This document shows positions 1 through 9,886 of a DNA stretch of 64,000 bases, one piece after another; position 1 is the stretch's first letter, and each line of letters starts with the position of its first letter. The position numbers and the translations under genes were made by a program. The notes beneath the pieces were generated by a model. That model was not told where the DNA came from. It saw only the letters and a list, made by a program, of their open reading frames with translations, and made no database searches. The stretch spans positions 124,001-188,000 of the IMG/VR virus record IMGVR_UViG_3300042289_000986; one strand, written 5' to 3'.

Positions 1-1
1 A

Positions 2-553
2 GGTTATGGAACAGAATCTAGACCAGGCGCAACAATTACCGAAGCTGAAGCATCCAGAGCATTGATTGCAGATTTAAGTAAAAGAGCTATTGTGGTAAAT
101 AATGCATTAAATAATCGAGGAATTACGCTAACACAAAGTCAAAAAGAAGCGTTGATATCTTATACATTTAATAGAGGACCTCGCGGACTTAATGAACTTT
201 TAAATAAATCTGGTAAAACTTGGGATTCTATAGGACCAAACATGTTAAAATATTGGGGAAAAAATCCAGATGCTCAAGCAGGATTAGTTAATCGTCGCCA
301 AAAAGAACTAGCACATGCCAATAATGATGGTTCTGGTGGTGGTGCTGTAGAAGGAGACGGTTCAAATGTTTTTAGAACTACAAATGCTGGACAAAATGCA
401 TATGCCTCAATCAACAGTCCAAGAGCAGGAGGACCGATGGGCTTTTATTCTACACCCGCAGTTGGAGCAAAAGTTTGGGTATTTTTTGAAGCAGAAAATC
501 CACAAAGACCTGTATTTTTTGCAAATGCTTACGAACCTTCAAATATAATCTAA
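2..553 (+). CDS. 5'-truncated baseplate spike/hub protein: GH24-like lysozyme domain followed by the C-terminal half of a gp5/VgrG OB-fold
   Basis: Frame 2 is open from the window edge (GYGTESRPGATITEAEA...). ALISYTFNRG and GLVNRRQKE match phage lysozyme motifs. FYSTPAVGAKVWVFFEAENPQRPVFF matches the gp5/gpV OB-fold motif. Confidence 0.75.
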   Translation, partial: GYGTESRPGATITEAEASRALIADLSKRAIVVNNALNNRGITLTQSQKEALISYTFNRGPRGLNELLNKSGKTWDSIGPNMLKYWGKNPDAQAGLVNRRQKELAHANNDGSGGGAVEGDGSNVFRTTNAGQNAYASINSPRAGGPMGFYSTPAVGAKVWVFFEAENPQRPVFFANAYEPSNII

Positions 554-576
554 ACTTGTATATTTGAATGCTTTAA

Positions 577-582
577 TAAATA
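577..582 (+). promoter_or_regulatory. T4-like late promoter core TAAATA
   Basis: aaTAAATA lies 6 nt before the ATG at 589; the same motif recurs before many structural genes. Confidence 0.6.
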
Positions 583-588
583 TTAATA

Positions 589-2697
589 ATGGCTACTTTC
601 TCTTATAGTCCTACAAAATTAAACGAAAACGAATCCAAACAATATAGTGTAATTGGTGGTGAGGCAGGTTCTATTTCTATGGGACAACATGTGGTAAAAG
701 ATCCTTATGGTTCTTTTATTTCGGAAGATAGATCTCATATGATTTTATCCGATAAATTTGGTAGCTTAATACAATTTATTGGAGGAAAAGTAGTATTTAA
801 AACTGCATCCGATTTGTGCATGTTTACAAATCAAAACATGTTTATGTCGGTTACAGGTGATGTTCAATCGAGTATTGGTGGTAGTAAACATGATTTTGTT
901 GAGGGTGATGTTACTGCACAGGCAGGTAATGACAAACAAAGAGCCGCTGCTGAAAAACTTCAAGGATTAACAAGTCAAATAGATAAAGAAAAATTAGATA
1001 CTATTAAATCTACCGAAGGACAAGAAATGGATTGTCCAGTTTGTTCTCAAAAACATTTGTCAGAAAGAGGTTCTGCTTTAGTTGGAAAAATTTTTAAAAC
1101 GTTAAGAAGATTTTTACCAAACATGGCATATCCTTTAGATATTGTTCAAAAGATTATAAATTTTTTGGTAGTTCCTTTTTTAAATGCATCAACTACAAAT
1201 TTATCATTAACTGGAGGAAAAGGCTGTGGTAGTCCTGGCTGTAAAAATGGAAGAATAAAATCGCCAGCAACTGCTGTTCAAGAAGGAAACAGTAAAGCAG
1301 CCGATGCATATGAATCTAGAAAACTTCAAATTGCAAGCGCACAAACAGAAATGGGAAAAGGTGGTGCAAAGGTTGTTAGAGAAGGGGGCGATGTAGTTTG
1401 GCAGGTTGGTTTAGCAAAAAATGATGCACCAACAGTAACGTACAAAGATCCGGTTCCTACGGCATTATATTTACAAAATTCAAAAATACCTGGTGAATTT
1501 TTTGCTCTTGGCGCAAAAGGAACAGCAAAACAAGCTATACATTCAGATCCTTTAATTAATCCAGGTAGCTTATTGCTTGATGTTGCTAATAAGTTTGAAG
1601 TTTCGGCAGGATCGCCAGGTGTAGATTTAAAAACTTCTGGTAAAGCAACTTTTTCTGGTGCAGTTACAAATATTGTTGCAAACCAAGGAGAATTAACTTT
1701 AACATCAGGTAATAAAACAACTTTAAAAGGAAAAAATGTTTTAATTGATGCTAGAGATAGATCTGGTGATAGTGGAGTTAAAATTGAATCTGATAATACT
1801 CTTGTTGCTGGAAAGTTAAGTGTAACTGGAGATCTTGCTTTAAAAGGATCTTTGATGATGGATGGGGGATTGTATGTTACACATTTAACATGCCCATCAG
1901 AAAGAATTCAAACATCTCCTAGTGGTGGAGCACATTATGTTCATTCAAATGCAACGTGGAATGATTTTGCTCCAACAAAAGCAAGTGCTTTGGATATATT
2001 TGATAAAGTTTTTAAAAAAGCTACCCGTGATGTTTATAATGTTTTAACTGCAAATATTTTAAGTTTTGCCGAAATTCAAACTTTAGTAGAAGAAACATAT
2101 TCTACTATTATGATGAAAATTCCTTTGGATAATTTTGGTTTACCAACTGGTATTGGTATTAGTGGTTGGTATCCTACTGGAATGAAACCGTTGATGGTTA
2201 TTGTTCCAGGTGTTATGCCTGGTCCTGGTGCTGCTCTTGGTTTTGTTATTCCTGGCCAAGTAACCCCTGTATTCAATTTTACACATAATCATAACAGTCC
2301 AGGACAAAATCACTCACACGACACGACTGTACCAGCTTTTAATGGCTATACGGGTGCAGCAGCAGCAAGAGCAGCCAGACCAGATCCTACACACGTACCA
2401 ACACCTGCACCTGCTAGAGGTATGGGCGAGTCACCTGGACATAAAACAATGGGTGATATTTCTTCTTGTGGTGGAGGTGGTGGAGCGTTTGTAGGAAGTG
2501 GTGGGGGTGGTACTGCTTCTCCTAGTAGAGTTGATACGTCCCTTGGTAGAAGAAATCAGAAATATAACATCAATACAAACGATGCCTTTAACAATCAAAA
2601 TTATGTGGATATAACACCACAAACTGGAAACTACTCATTTAACCCAGACGGTAGTTTAAATCCACCACCAGACTTTAACGGACTAGGAAATTGTTAA
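589..2697 (+). CDS. Central spike (gp5-C/gpV-like beta-helix) with Zn-ribbon insertion and His-x-His tip motifs
   Basis: VTGDVQSSIGGSKHDFVEGDV and VAGKLSVTGDLALKGSLMMDGGLYV beta-helix repeats; CPVC...CGSPGC; THNHN and HSHD near the C-terminus; follows the OB-fold gene. Confidence 0.65.
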   Translation: MATFSYSPTKLNENESKQYSVIGGEAGSISMGQHVVKDPYGSFISEDRSHMILSDKFGSLIQFIGGKVVFKTASDLCMFTNQNMFMSVTGDVQSSIGGSKHDFVEGDVTAQAGNDKQRAAAEKLQGLTSQIDKEKLDTIKSTEGQEMDCPVCSQKHLSERGSALVGKIFKTLRRFLPNMAYPLDIVQKIINFLVVPFLNASTTNLSLTGGKGCGSPGCKNGRIKSPATAVQEGNSKAADAYESRKLQIASAQTEMGKGGAKVVREGGDVVWQVGLAKNDAPTVTYKDPVPTALYLQNSKIPGEFFALGAKGTAKQAIHSDPLINPGSLLLDVANKFEVSAGSPGVDLKTSGKATFSGAVTNIVANQGELTLTSGNKTTLKGKNVLIDARDRSGDSGVKIESDNTLVAGKLSVTGDLALKGSLMMDGGLYVTHLTCPSERIQTSPSGGAHYVHSNATWNDFAPTKASALDIFDKVFKKATRDVYNVLTANILSFAEIQTLVEETYSTIMMKIPLDNFGLPTGIGISGWYPTGMKPLMVIVPGVMPGPGAALGFVIPGQVTPVFNFTHNHNSPGQNHSHDTTVPAFNGYTGAAAARAARPDPTHVPTPAPARGMGESPGHKTMGDISSCGGGGGAFVGSGGGGTASPSRVDTSLGRRNQKYNINTNDAFNNQNYVDITPQTGNYSFNPDGSLNPPPDFNGLGNC

Positions 2698-3755
2698 CTA
2701 ACTTTAATACTCGAAACTGGAGCAGCATTTGATGTACTAATTTGTGTTCTGGCTTGTTGAAGAAACATATTAGTCATCGCACCAATCACCGATTGATTGT
2801 TTGCGTTATTTGGATTTAGAAGTGTATTATATGATAGTGCTGCATCTCTGGGATCTATTTGTAGATTGCTAATAATATAATTGTAATGATCTCTTTGTGA
2901 TTTTTCTGTGGTCATTATTTTTTTATAATCAAAAGTTTGTTCAGCAAACCCTTTCATAATTCCGATATTACCAAATGGCATATCATTATATACATCAATA
3001 TTTTTTATATTTAAATTTTTTGCTACTTTCATCATAACATCATCATAATATTTTAAATATATTCTTTGTGTTGATACGTTTGATGCATTTTTAAAATCTA
3101 ATACAACAAAATAATTTTTTGTCATTTGATAGAATGATAAACTTGCTTTCCATTGTGGGTTTGAAAGAAACCATTTACTAATAAAGGATGTAAAATCCGT
3201 AGCGTGTTTTTCTTTTTCTGTTTGTACAAAAGTAGATACAAATTCTTTGACATCTTCTGGTGTAAATCTTTTTAAAAGTTCATCTACGTTCCATGCGCTA
3301 GGGGGAACTGTTAAGGCCCCAAATTTGTACTCTTTTATTCCTGATAAATCTATTGATATCTCAACGTTTTGTGTGGTTCCCTTTCTTACTGGCATACCTT
3401 CTGAATCACAAACGACATTATTGATTACTTGGACGCCGCCAGCTTGAAGTACTTCAGTTTGAGTAATAACTCTTGGAAGAAAATAAAGCCATGTTGCAGA
3501 CAATGTTAATCCTAAAGACACTCTAGGATCACCAACCTCTAATAATCCAGTAAAACTTGTGAATGGGGTTAAATCGAATTCTGGTGGTTCTACAACCACT
3601 GGATCGACAGTCTCGTCATTTGCAACTTTTAAAATATCACAAAGAAATGGGAGGATGTTATAATTTGGGTTTAAAAAATTGGCAGAACCCGTTGGGAAAT
3701 TTGAAGGATTCCACAACGGACTTTTACACAAAATATCTTTATCTACTTCAAGCAT
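2694..3755 (-). CDS. Hypothetical protein
   Basis: 353-aa ORF, tightly packed at the end of the minus-strand block; no family recognised. Confidence 0.8.
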   Translation of the reverse strand: MLEVDKDILCKSPLWNPSNFPTGSANFLNPNYNILPFLCDILKVANDETVDPVVVEPPEFDLTPFTSFTGLLEVGDPRVSLGLTLSATWLYFLPRVITQTEVLQAGGVQVINNVVCDSEGMPVRKGTTQNVEISIDLSGIKEYKFGALTVPPSAWNVDELLKRFTPEDVKEFVSTFVQTEKEKHATDFTSFISKWFLSNPQWKASLSFYQMTKNYFVVLDFKNASNVSTQRIYLKYYDDVMMKVAKNLNIKNIDVYNDMPFGNIGIMKGFAEQTFDYKKIMTTEKSQRDHYNYIISNLQIDPRDAALSYNTLLNPNNANNQSVIGAMTNMFLQQARTQISTSNAAPVSSIKVS

Positions 3756-3757
3756 AA

Positions 3758-4150
3758 TTAATCATCAAGAAAATTTTCTTGTTGTTGTTTAATAAAAACT
3801 ATTTTTAAAAATTCCATAATGGCATCTCTATCTCTTGCCTTATTAAAACTTTGTAAAATAACTCTTTCTCCTTCTAAATTATATCCAAACAAAAGAAAAG
3901 AATCTAAATATTCTGTAACAATAGATTTCAATAAAGACAAATCTCGCATTGCAATTTGTTGAGATTGTTTATTTTCTTTTAACCACTTATCTAAACTTTT
4001 TTGTAGTTCTAAATTATTGATTGCATCAAAAACTTTTTTTTGTAATTCATCGTTTTGTTTTTGAGTCATTTTTTTTTCTATTATATTTTCAAAAGAAGAA
4101 AGCGAAGGACTATTTGTATTTTGTAAATTTTTCTTCTTGGAGTACGCCAT
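3758..4150 (-). CDS. Hypothetical protein
   Basis: 130-aa ORF in operon. Confidence 0.75.
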   Translation of the reverse strand: MAYSKKKNLQNTNSPSLSSFENIIEKKMTQKQNDELQKKVFDAINNLELQKSLDKWLKENKQSQQIAMRDLSLLKSIVTEYLDSFLLFGYNLEGERVILQSFNKARDRDAIMEFLKIVFIKQQQENFLDD

Positions 4151-4154
4151 ATTA

Positions 4155-4475
4155 TTACTTATTATACGTATTTGATTTATTATTGATGCTAAATTTTACT
4201 AGATATTCAATAACTGTTTCGATTGAACTGGTTTTAAGTTTAAAATTTTCAGGTATAAATTGTCCCCCATCATGGATTTCAAAATATTCTTCACCAAAGT
4301 AGTTGTGATTATTAAAACACGTTATAAACACCGAAGAAACTTTAGGGTCTACTACTACAGTCCAAGATCGGGCATCTGAATTGGAATAGTCTGTATACAG
4401 TTTATCTGTTACATACCCGCTGTCACGCAATCTTTTAATGAAATAACTAACTGTTGTGATTTTGTTTCTAGACAT
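4155..4475 (-). CDS. Hypothetical protein
   Basis: 106-aa ORF in operon. Confidence 0.75.
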   Translation of the reverse strand: MSRNKITTVSYFIKRLRDSGYVTDKLYTDYSNSDARSWTVVVDPKVSSVFITCFNNHNYFGEEYFEIHDGGQFIPENFKLKTSSIETVIEYLVKFSINNKSNTYNK

Positions 4476-4499
4476 ATATTATAATTTATTTTCAAACAG

Positions 4500-5258
4500 T
4501 TATTTAACAAGGGCAGAAATTATATATTTTAATTCTGTATTTTGTTCGTCTTTAATTTGAAATATAAAGACTTTGTATTCGTTATTTATTTTTACTGTGA
4601 TGTTATTTTTAAATGTTGCTAAACTTTTAAAAATTTCAATTTTTATTGAAAGAGGATTTGATATAGAATCGCCATCAAATTGATTCGAAACTAGCATTGA
4701 AACGTTATCAATATTTTGTAGGGTTTTATCATCAATCTCAGCATACACCTGATCTTCTTTAGTATAAAAATATATCTTATTAACTTCATTTACGAAAGAA
4801 TAAGCTGACATAATTTGTCTAACCTTTTGCGCCGAAATTTCAAAAATTGTGTTAAACTTTAATTTAGCAATTGTTTCAATATTAATTGTCGATTCTTTAA
4901 TAATGTTGTCATCAACTAAATGATATTTAAAATGTGTATTTTCTTTCGTGACTTCGTTTGAAGACTTACAAGTTAAGTGATTGTTTTTGTGTATAAGTTC
5001 AAAACTACCGCCTTCTCCTAAACACTCTAAACCTGTTAAAAACTTTTTGATGTTTATCAAATTTAACTTCAAGTCTTGAATTTCTATAGGCAATTTTGTT
5101 TTTGCGTATAGAATAACGCTGTTATCTATAGAAGAACAAACAGTATAAATGCTGTCTTTATTAGTTTTTAAAACACAGCTTTCAGTTAACCTATTAACTG
5201 GGAATAAAATTTTTTCTAAAGCTGATTTTGGAATTGGAATATGTCTTTCATTACTCAT
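4500..5258 (-). CDS. 45: Sliding clamp, gp45-like
   Basis: ~250 aa; alternating helix/strand pattern of a PCNA/gp45 fold (LNLINIKKFL...FKYHLVDDNII); replication context; start moved to the ATG at 5258. Confidence 0.6.
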   Translation of the reverse strand: MSNERHIPIPKSALEKILFPVNRLTESCVLKTNKDSIYTVCSSIDNSVILYAKTKLPIEIQDLKLNLINIKKFLTGLECLGEGGSFELIHKNNHLTCKSSNEVTKENTHFKYHLVDDNIIKESTINIETIAKLKFNTIFEISAQKVRQIMSAYSFVNEVNKIYFYTKEDQVYAEIDDKTLQNIDNVSMLVSNQFDGDSISNPLSIKIEIFKSLATFKNNITVKINNEYKVFIFQIKDEQNTELKYIISALVK

Positions 5259-5715
5259 TTTTATACTTTTCTTCAAGTAATTTTAGCATATTCTCTAATG
5301 TTTTGCTAATACTTTTTAAATGCTTTTCAATATTTTTATCGAAATTTACTACTGATTTATTATCAGTAGTTTCTTTAATTATATTAGCTTCTAGCTTTAC
5401 TGGTTGTGGTGGTTGTGGTATTTGTTGTGGTTGTGGGACGTTTGGTAATATTTGTGGCATTACCTGTGGTGCATCTGGAACCATTCTCCTAATAACATCC
5501 TCTGATGGTGGAGCAGCAAAACCAGAAGGAACTTGTGAGAATTTATTTTGAGTTCGAAAATTTGGGTCTTGAACTGAATTTATAAACTCTTGGATGTTAA
5601 TTTTATTAGCTGGTAGTGAACTTCGCTCAATGGTTAGCTGATCAACCTTTTTAAGTTGAGAGCTAACCATTGCTGCGAGTTTAGCAGCTTCTAAAGCTTC
5701 TAATCTTGGATCCAT
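5251..5715 (-). CDS. Hypothetical protein with Pro/Gln-rich linker
   Basis: 154-aa ORF between gp32 and the clamp. Confidence 0.75.
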   Translation of the reverse strand: MDPRLEALEAAKLAAMVSSQLKKVDQLTIERSSLPANKINIQEFINSVQDPNFRTQNKFSQVPSGFAAPPSEDVIRRMVPDAPQVMPQILPNVPQPQQIPQPPQPVKLEANIIKETTDNKSVVNFDKNIEKHLKSISKTLENMLKLLEEKYKNE

Positions 5716-5716
5716 T

Positions 5717-6562
5717 TTACAGGTCTTTTAAGATCTCTTGCATTTTTCTATCTTGTTCAGATAGCTCGTCTTCCGAATTAACTGTTTCGGTAATTTCTGG
5801 TTCAACTACATCAACTTTGAAATCATCTTCATGATGTTCTGTTTTTTGAACTTCTTCTTTACCGAGAAAGTGGAAATCCAAAATTTCCTTGATCTCATCA
5901 TAGTTTTTTCTTTGGAAGATTGTATCCAAGCTTTTAATTGAAGAGTATACCTCATCGCTATTTTCAAGACCCTCAATTTGTGAAGGTGACACAAATTTAG
6001 AGCTTGTGTAATTTGGATAACCAGCAGCATTCTTTTCTACTTTAATTCTAAGATTGCATCCTTTTTCGGACAAATCAAAAATTCTAAAACCAAATTCTGA
6101 TGCATCATCTCCATCAATAGCAGATTGAATTACTTTCTGTAATTGTGCTCCTGCATTGAGGATTTTAACTTGTCCTTCGTTTGAAGGATTCGATGGATCA
6201 CTGATTACATATACATTATAAAGCCACTTTTCTGCTTTTTTCAATGGTTTAACTTGGTCGATAAACGTTTGATTTTTGGTAGCCCACATTTTTGCACGAT
6301 ATTCATCGATTGGACACTTTTCTCCATAAGTGTTTGGGCAAAGAACTGAAACTTTTTTACCAGTTTGAATGCTATCAAAAATGTGTTGATAATAATGGAA
6401 TCTGGTCTTTTTACCATCTTCCAAATTAGGAAGAAGACGAACCAAATATGTCTTATCTGGTTCAAATTTCATGAAATCTTTGAAACCTGAATCAGTATTG
6501 GTTTTTGTGGTAAGTGCTTCCTTGAGGGAATCGAATAGGCTTTCGTTGTATTTGTTATTCAT
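5717..6562 (-). CDS. 32: Single-stranded DNA-binding protein, gp32-like
   Basis: YLVRLLP, CPNTYGEKCPIDE, NVYVISDPSNPSNEGQVKI, FDLSEKGCNLRIK, YPNYTSSKF; acidic C-terminal tail. Confidence 0.92.
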   Translation of the reverse strand: MNNKYNESLFDSLKEALTTKTNTDSGFKDFMKFEPDKTYLVRLLPNLEDGKKTRFHYYQHIFDSIQTGKKVSVLCPNTYGEKCPIDEYRAKMWATKNQTFIDQVKPLKKAEKWLYNVYVISDPSNPSNEGQVKILNAGAQLQKVIQSAIDGDDASEFGFRIFDLSEKGCNLRIKVEKNAAGYPNYTSSKFVSPSQIEGLENSDEVYSSIKSLDTIFQRKNYDEIKEILDFHFLGKEEVQKTEHHEDDFKVDVVEPEITETVNSEDELSEQDRKMQEILKDL

Positions 6563-6576
6563 AATTTATATCTTTT

Positions 6577-6604
6577 ATCTTAGCATGTTTTATTTAAGTG
6601 TCAA
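6577..6604 (-). promoter_or_regulatory. Sigma70-type promoter for gp32
   Basis: TTGACA-16 nt-TAAGAT, with TG extension. Confidence 0.55.
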
Positions 6605-7240
6605 ACTATTTTTGACAAAATTTTTGACTTTAGCGGTTGCTGTTTTTGTTAATTGTTGTGTTTTAGGGGATTGTTGATATCTTGTTTTAAAAGCTACCAA
6701 ATTTTCGTAAAGATTATTGGCAAAAAGATATATTTCATCTTTTGGAATTTTATCTAAAACTCTAATAAAGTCTCCAAGCTCCATAAGGCTATAAGGATTG
6801 ATTCGATGTTCTCTATAGTGATTCAACCAAGAATACATGTAGCCAGTTTTATGATAGATATAATCTTCAATAAAAATTTTATGTTCTAAACAAAACATTC
6901 CAACAAACCTTAAACTGTTTTTTATTTCATCTAATTGTTTTTCAGGATCTCTGTCTTCTTTTTGTTTTTGAAAAAGCGCATAGGTTTTTAAAGCACTTCT
7001 TGTTGTAAAATAATTTAAAGTGGGATATTTTTCATTGGGATGAAGTTCATTGAATGCCAAAAAATAATCATTCCAATTAATATGATTGTATCTTTTTAAG
7101 AAAGTTTCAATTTTATGAAGAAACGCAACCGTATTGGGATCAATGTCAGAAAAATTTTTTCTTAATTGATAAGGTTGTCCCTTTCTTAAGTGTTTGATAT
7201 AAAAATTGTAAATTTGTTTTTGTGAATCGTTAAGAGTCAT
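6590..7240 (-). CDS. 59: Helicase loader, gp59-like
   Basis: 216 aa (T4 gp59 is 217 aa); immediately upstream of gp32 as in T4; HRINPYSLMELGDFIRVLD resembles T4 NIISFETFILLDSFLNIID. Confidence 0.55.
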   Translation of the reverse strand: MTLNDSQKQIYNFYIKHLRKGQPYQLRKNFSDIDPNTVAFLHKIETFLKRYNHINWNDYFLAFNELHPNEKYPTLNYFTTRSALKTYALFQKQKEDRDPEKQLDEIKNSLRFVGMFCLEHKIFIEDYIYHKTGYMYSWLNHYREHRINPYSLMELGDFIRVLDKIPKDEIYLFANNLYENLVAFKTRYQQSPKTQQLTKTATAKVKNFVKNSLTLK

Positions 7241-7533
7241 CTTTTTTTATTAAATTTTGACCTAAACATTTTTTTATAAACGTTTGGTGTTGAACTTAAA
7301 TAGGTTCTAATAATTGATTGGAGGTTTGATTCTCCCAATAAAGCAAAATAAATTTTTTGCGTTTTTTTATCATCTACCAAAAATTTTAAAAAATTTAAAT
7401 AATTCATTTTTTTGTTTTTACAAATACAAACAAATGCTCCGAATTTCATTGTAATTTGTTCAAATTCTTCGACATCTAAAGCATTGGATGGGTTTGATAC
7501 TTCTTCTAGTTGTTGTGTTGATGTTATAATCAT
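7237..7533 (-). CDS. Hypothetical protein (occupies the position of T4 gp33)
   Basis: 98-aa ORF directly upstream of the gp59-like gene; no sequence similarity recognised. Confidence 0.65.
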   Translation of the reverse strand: MIITSTQQLEEVSNPSNALDVEEFEQITMKFGAFVCICKNKKMNYLNFLKFLVDDKKTQKIYFALLGESNLQSIIRTYLSSTPNVYKKMFRSKFNKKR

Positions 7534-8417
7534 AGCGGATTTAATTTTTTTGTCAACTCCATAAATAATGGAGTAATTTTGCCACCTGCGGATAATGTTG
7601 TTCCGTTACCATCGCAATATTTTTGTGCAAATTTTAAAAGATTGATCATTTCTTTTTGTTTTGGTTGACGAATACTAACATTTTCTGTTTGGGTATTAAT
7701 ATAAAATAATAATTCAGGTTTGTGTTTTTTGATTAAACTATCAACAACGATACTGTTGAATTTATTTGTCATAGCTGCTAACACCTTTTTAGGTTGTCCT
7801 TCTATCAAAATTTGACCAGCATAACATTTTGTCTCTGATAATTTTTTTTCAGCTTCTTTTTTAACACTTTGAATTAATTCTTTTTGAGAATCTGTAAATG
7901 GTTTAAATCCGTTTTTGTACGTATTAATAAACCTTGAGAAATCATTTTTAAATTGAGTCCAAAAAATAATATTTAAATCATAAGATTCGCTAAAATTAAA
8001 ATTACCAGATTCGTAATCATTAGCCAAAAGTATTAATTTTTTTTGATCATTGCTCAATTCTACATTTTTTTGAAAGAGTTTTCTAATAAACATAGAACCA
8101 GAATCATAATCTGAATAAACAATTTTTGATTTTTTAAATTGATCTACGTATTTTTTTGAATCAACGTGGTGGTCTATAATAACAACATTTTCTTGATCCA
8201 TGTTGGGAATAAAATCTTCCCTTAAATATAAATTTAATAAAATTGTTTTTGGTGGATTGATAGTTTTATTGATAAAATCTTTAACTGGGTTTATATCTAA
8301 ATTAGATATTTCTTGATATGTGATTGTATCGTTAGGATGCGACCATAAAAAGGTTAATAAACTAATTGCGCCATCGAGGTCTTTATGAGTAAAGACTTGA
8401 TACACTTTGTTTTGCAT
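7530..8417 (-). CDS. DHH-family phosphoesterase-like protein
   Basis: FTHKDLDG (motif I), IIDHH (motif III), DHHA1-like C-terminus (VSIR...SAGG). Confidence 0.85.
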   Translation of the reverse strand: MQNKVYQVFTHKDLDGAISLLTFLWSHPNDTITYQEISNLDINPVKDFINKTINPPKTILLNLYLREDFIPNMDQENVVIIDHHVDSKKYVDQFKKSKIVYSDYDSGSMFIRKLFQKNVELSNDQKKLILLANDYESGNFNFSESYDLNIIFWTQFKNDFSRFINTYKNGFKPFTDSQKELIQSVKKEAEKKLSETKCYAGQILIEGQPKKVLAAMTNKFNSIVVDSLIKKHKPELLFYINTQTENVSIRQPKQKEMINLLKFAQKYCDGNGTTLSAGGKITPLFMELTKKLNPL

Positions 8418-8439
8418 AAGGATATTTATGCACTATTGA

Positions 8440-9849
8440 TTATTTTTCATCATTTTCACTTAAATTTTCTACAAAATTTAGAGTGTCAACAATATTAGAA
8501 TTTAAACTAGCCTCAATATCATCGGTAAGTTTTGGCATTTTTCCTTTTACAGAATATTCTTCGGAAAACTCTTTTGGTTCTTTCAATGAAAGAGTTGGAT
8601 AATCAATTTCTAAATGAGTATAAACTTGGCGTGGACCAAATCTATTTTTTTCAACTCCCATATGTATGATACCCAAGTCAGAATCTCCTTCTTCCGTCCA
8701 AATGGAGATTTGAGCGTCCACGGTGTGAGAAAGACCCATAGACTCGCTTGTTTTGTCTAATTCTGGTTTGGGTGTAGAAACTGCCGCTCTATTTGCTTGT
8801 GTGGCAGAAATAACAGGACACTCAAAATCATAAGATAATGCACGTATACCCTCTGTTACTTGTTTAATTCCTTCATATGAGCTTAAATTGTTAATTGCTG
8901 GTGCTACAAGGTTAATATAGTCAATGATGATAACATCTGGTTTGATGTTATTTTTAACTAGTTTGTTTATGTATGCTTTTAAATTTAAAACTGTAACTGA
9001 TTTGGGTGGAAATTCTTTAATGATTAATTTTGAATTTTTATTCTTAACTTTATATTCATGTAAAAAGTTTCTTAATGGACTAATTTGTAATTTTAAATCA
9101 TCACAAGGAATTTTTGAAAGTTGAGCGGAAATTCTTTTTGCATAAACTTGTTCTGGCATTTCTAAAGAAATTAAGACAACTGTCTTGTCTTGATTTAAAA
9201 TATTAGTTGCAATGTTTCCAAGAAATATAGATTTTCCGACATTAGTAATTCCATAGAACACATACAAAGATCTACCTTCTGCCATAAAACCGCCACCCAA
9301 ATGACTATCAAGCCATTTCCAACCTGTAGATAGTGTTTTAAAAACTTTTTGAAGATCTTCGCAATGCGAGTCAATTTTTTCCAAATAATCAAATCCAATA
9401 TCATCCATTAATGATATACCACATGCTGATTCAAACTTTTTTAAAATTTTACTACTGTCAATTTCTCCAGATTGAACATCAAGGTGTGTCTCAACAACCG
9501 TATTCAACACGGCCTTTTCTTTTAAAAACTTTTCAGTATTTTTAATTAAAACATTTTTATTGTAGTTCTTATCAATAGAATTAAACGAAAGAACCAACTC
9601 TTTTAAAGCATCTTTTTGTTCTTGGGTAACTAGATGAGCTTTTAGTTCTGTGATATTTGGAACAGTTTTATGTTCTAGATAAAACTCTTTCAAAACAGAA
9701 AAAACGGTTTTGATATTTTTATCTTTAAAAAAAGATACTTCAGAATGTTCTAAAACAGTTTCTAGAAAATTTTGATCTAAAATAGCATTGTAGATAAAAA
9801 TCTTTTCAAACTGATCATGATCAAGAACCAAGCCTTTATTCACCATCAT
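8440..9849 (-). CDS. 41: Replicative DNA helicase, gp41/DnaB-like
   Basis: GITNVGKS Walker A, ISLEM, IIIDY, SATQANR, KNRFG. Confidence 0.95.
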   Translation of the reverse strand: MMVNKGLVLDHDQFEKIFIYNAILDQNFLETVLEHSEVSFFKDKNIKTVFSVLKEFYLEHKTVPNITELKAHLVTQEQKDALKELVLSFNSIDKNYNKNVLIKNTEKFLKEKAVLNTVVETHLDVQSGEIDSSKILKKFESACGISLMDDIGFDYLEKIDSHCEDLQKVFKTLSTGWKWLDSHLGGGFMAEGRSLYVFYGITNVGKSIFLGNIATNILNQDKTVVLISLEMPEQVYAKRISAQLSKIPCDDLKLQISPLRNFLHEYKVKNKNSKLIIKEFPPKSVTVLNLKAYINKLVKNNIKPDVIIIDYINLVAPAINNLSSYEGIKQVTEGIRALSYDFECPVISATQANRAAVSTPKPELDKTSESMGLSHTVDAQISIWTEEGDSDLGIIHMGVEKNRFGPRQVYTHLEIDYPTLSLKEPKEFSEEYSVKGKMPKLTDDIEASLNSNIVDTLNFVENLSENDEK

Positions 9850-9852
9850 AAA

Positions 9853-9880
9853 ATTATAATGCTTTTTAGATAAAAAGCAA
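9853..9880 (-). promoter_or_regulatory. Sigma70-type promoter for the helicase, overlapped by an inverted repeat
   Basis: TTGCTT-16-TATAAT; TGCTTTTTA-GA-TAAAAAGCA at 9860-9879. Confidence 0.55.
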
Positions 9881-9886
9881 TATTAA

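Noticed and set aside
7237-7533. Calling this ORF gp33
   Set aside because: Only position and size agree; no recognisable sequence motif.
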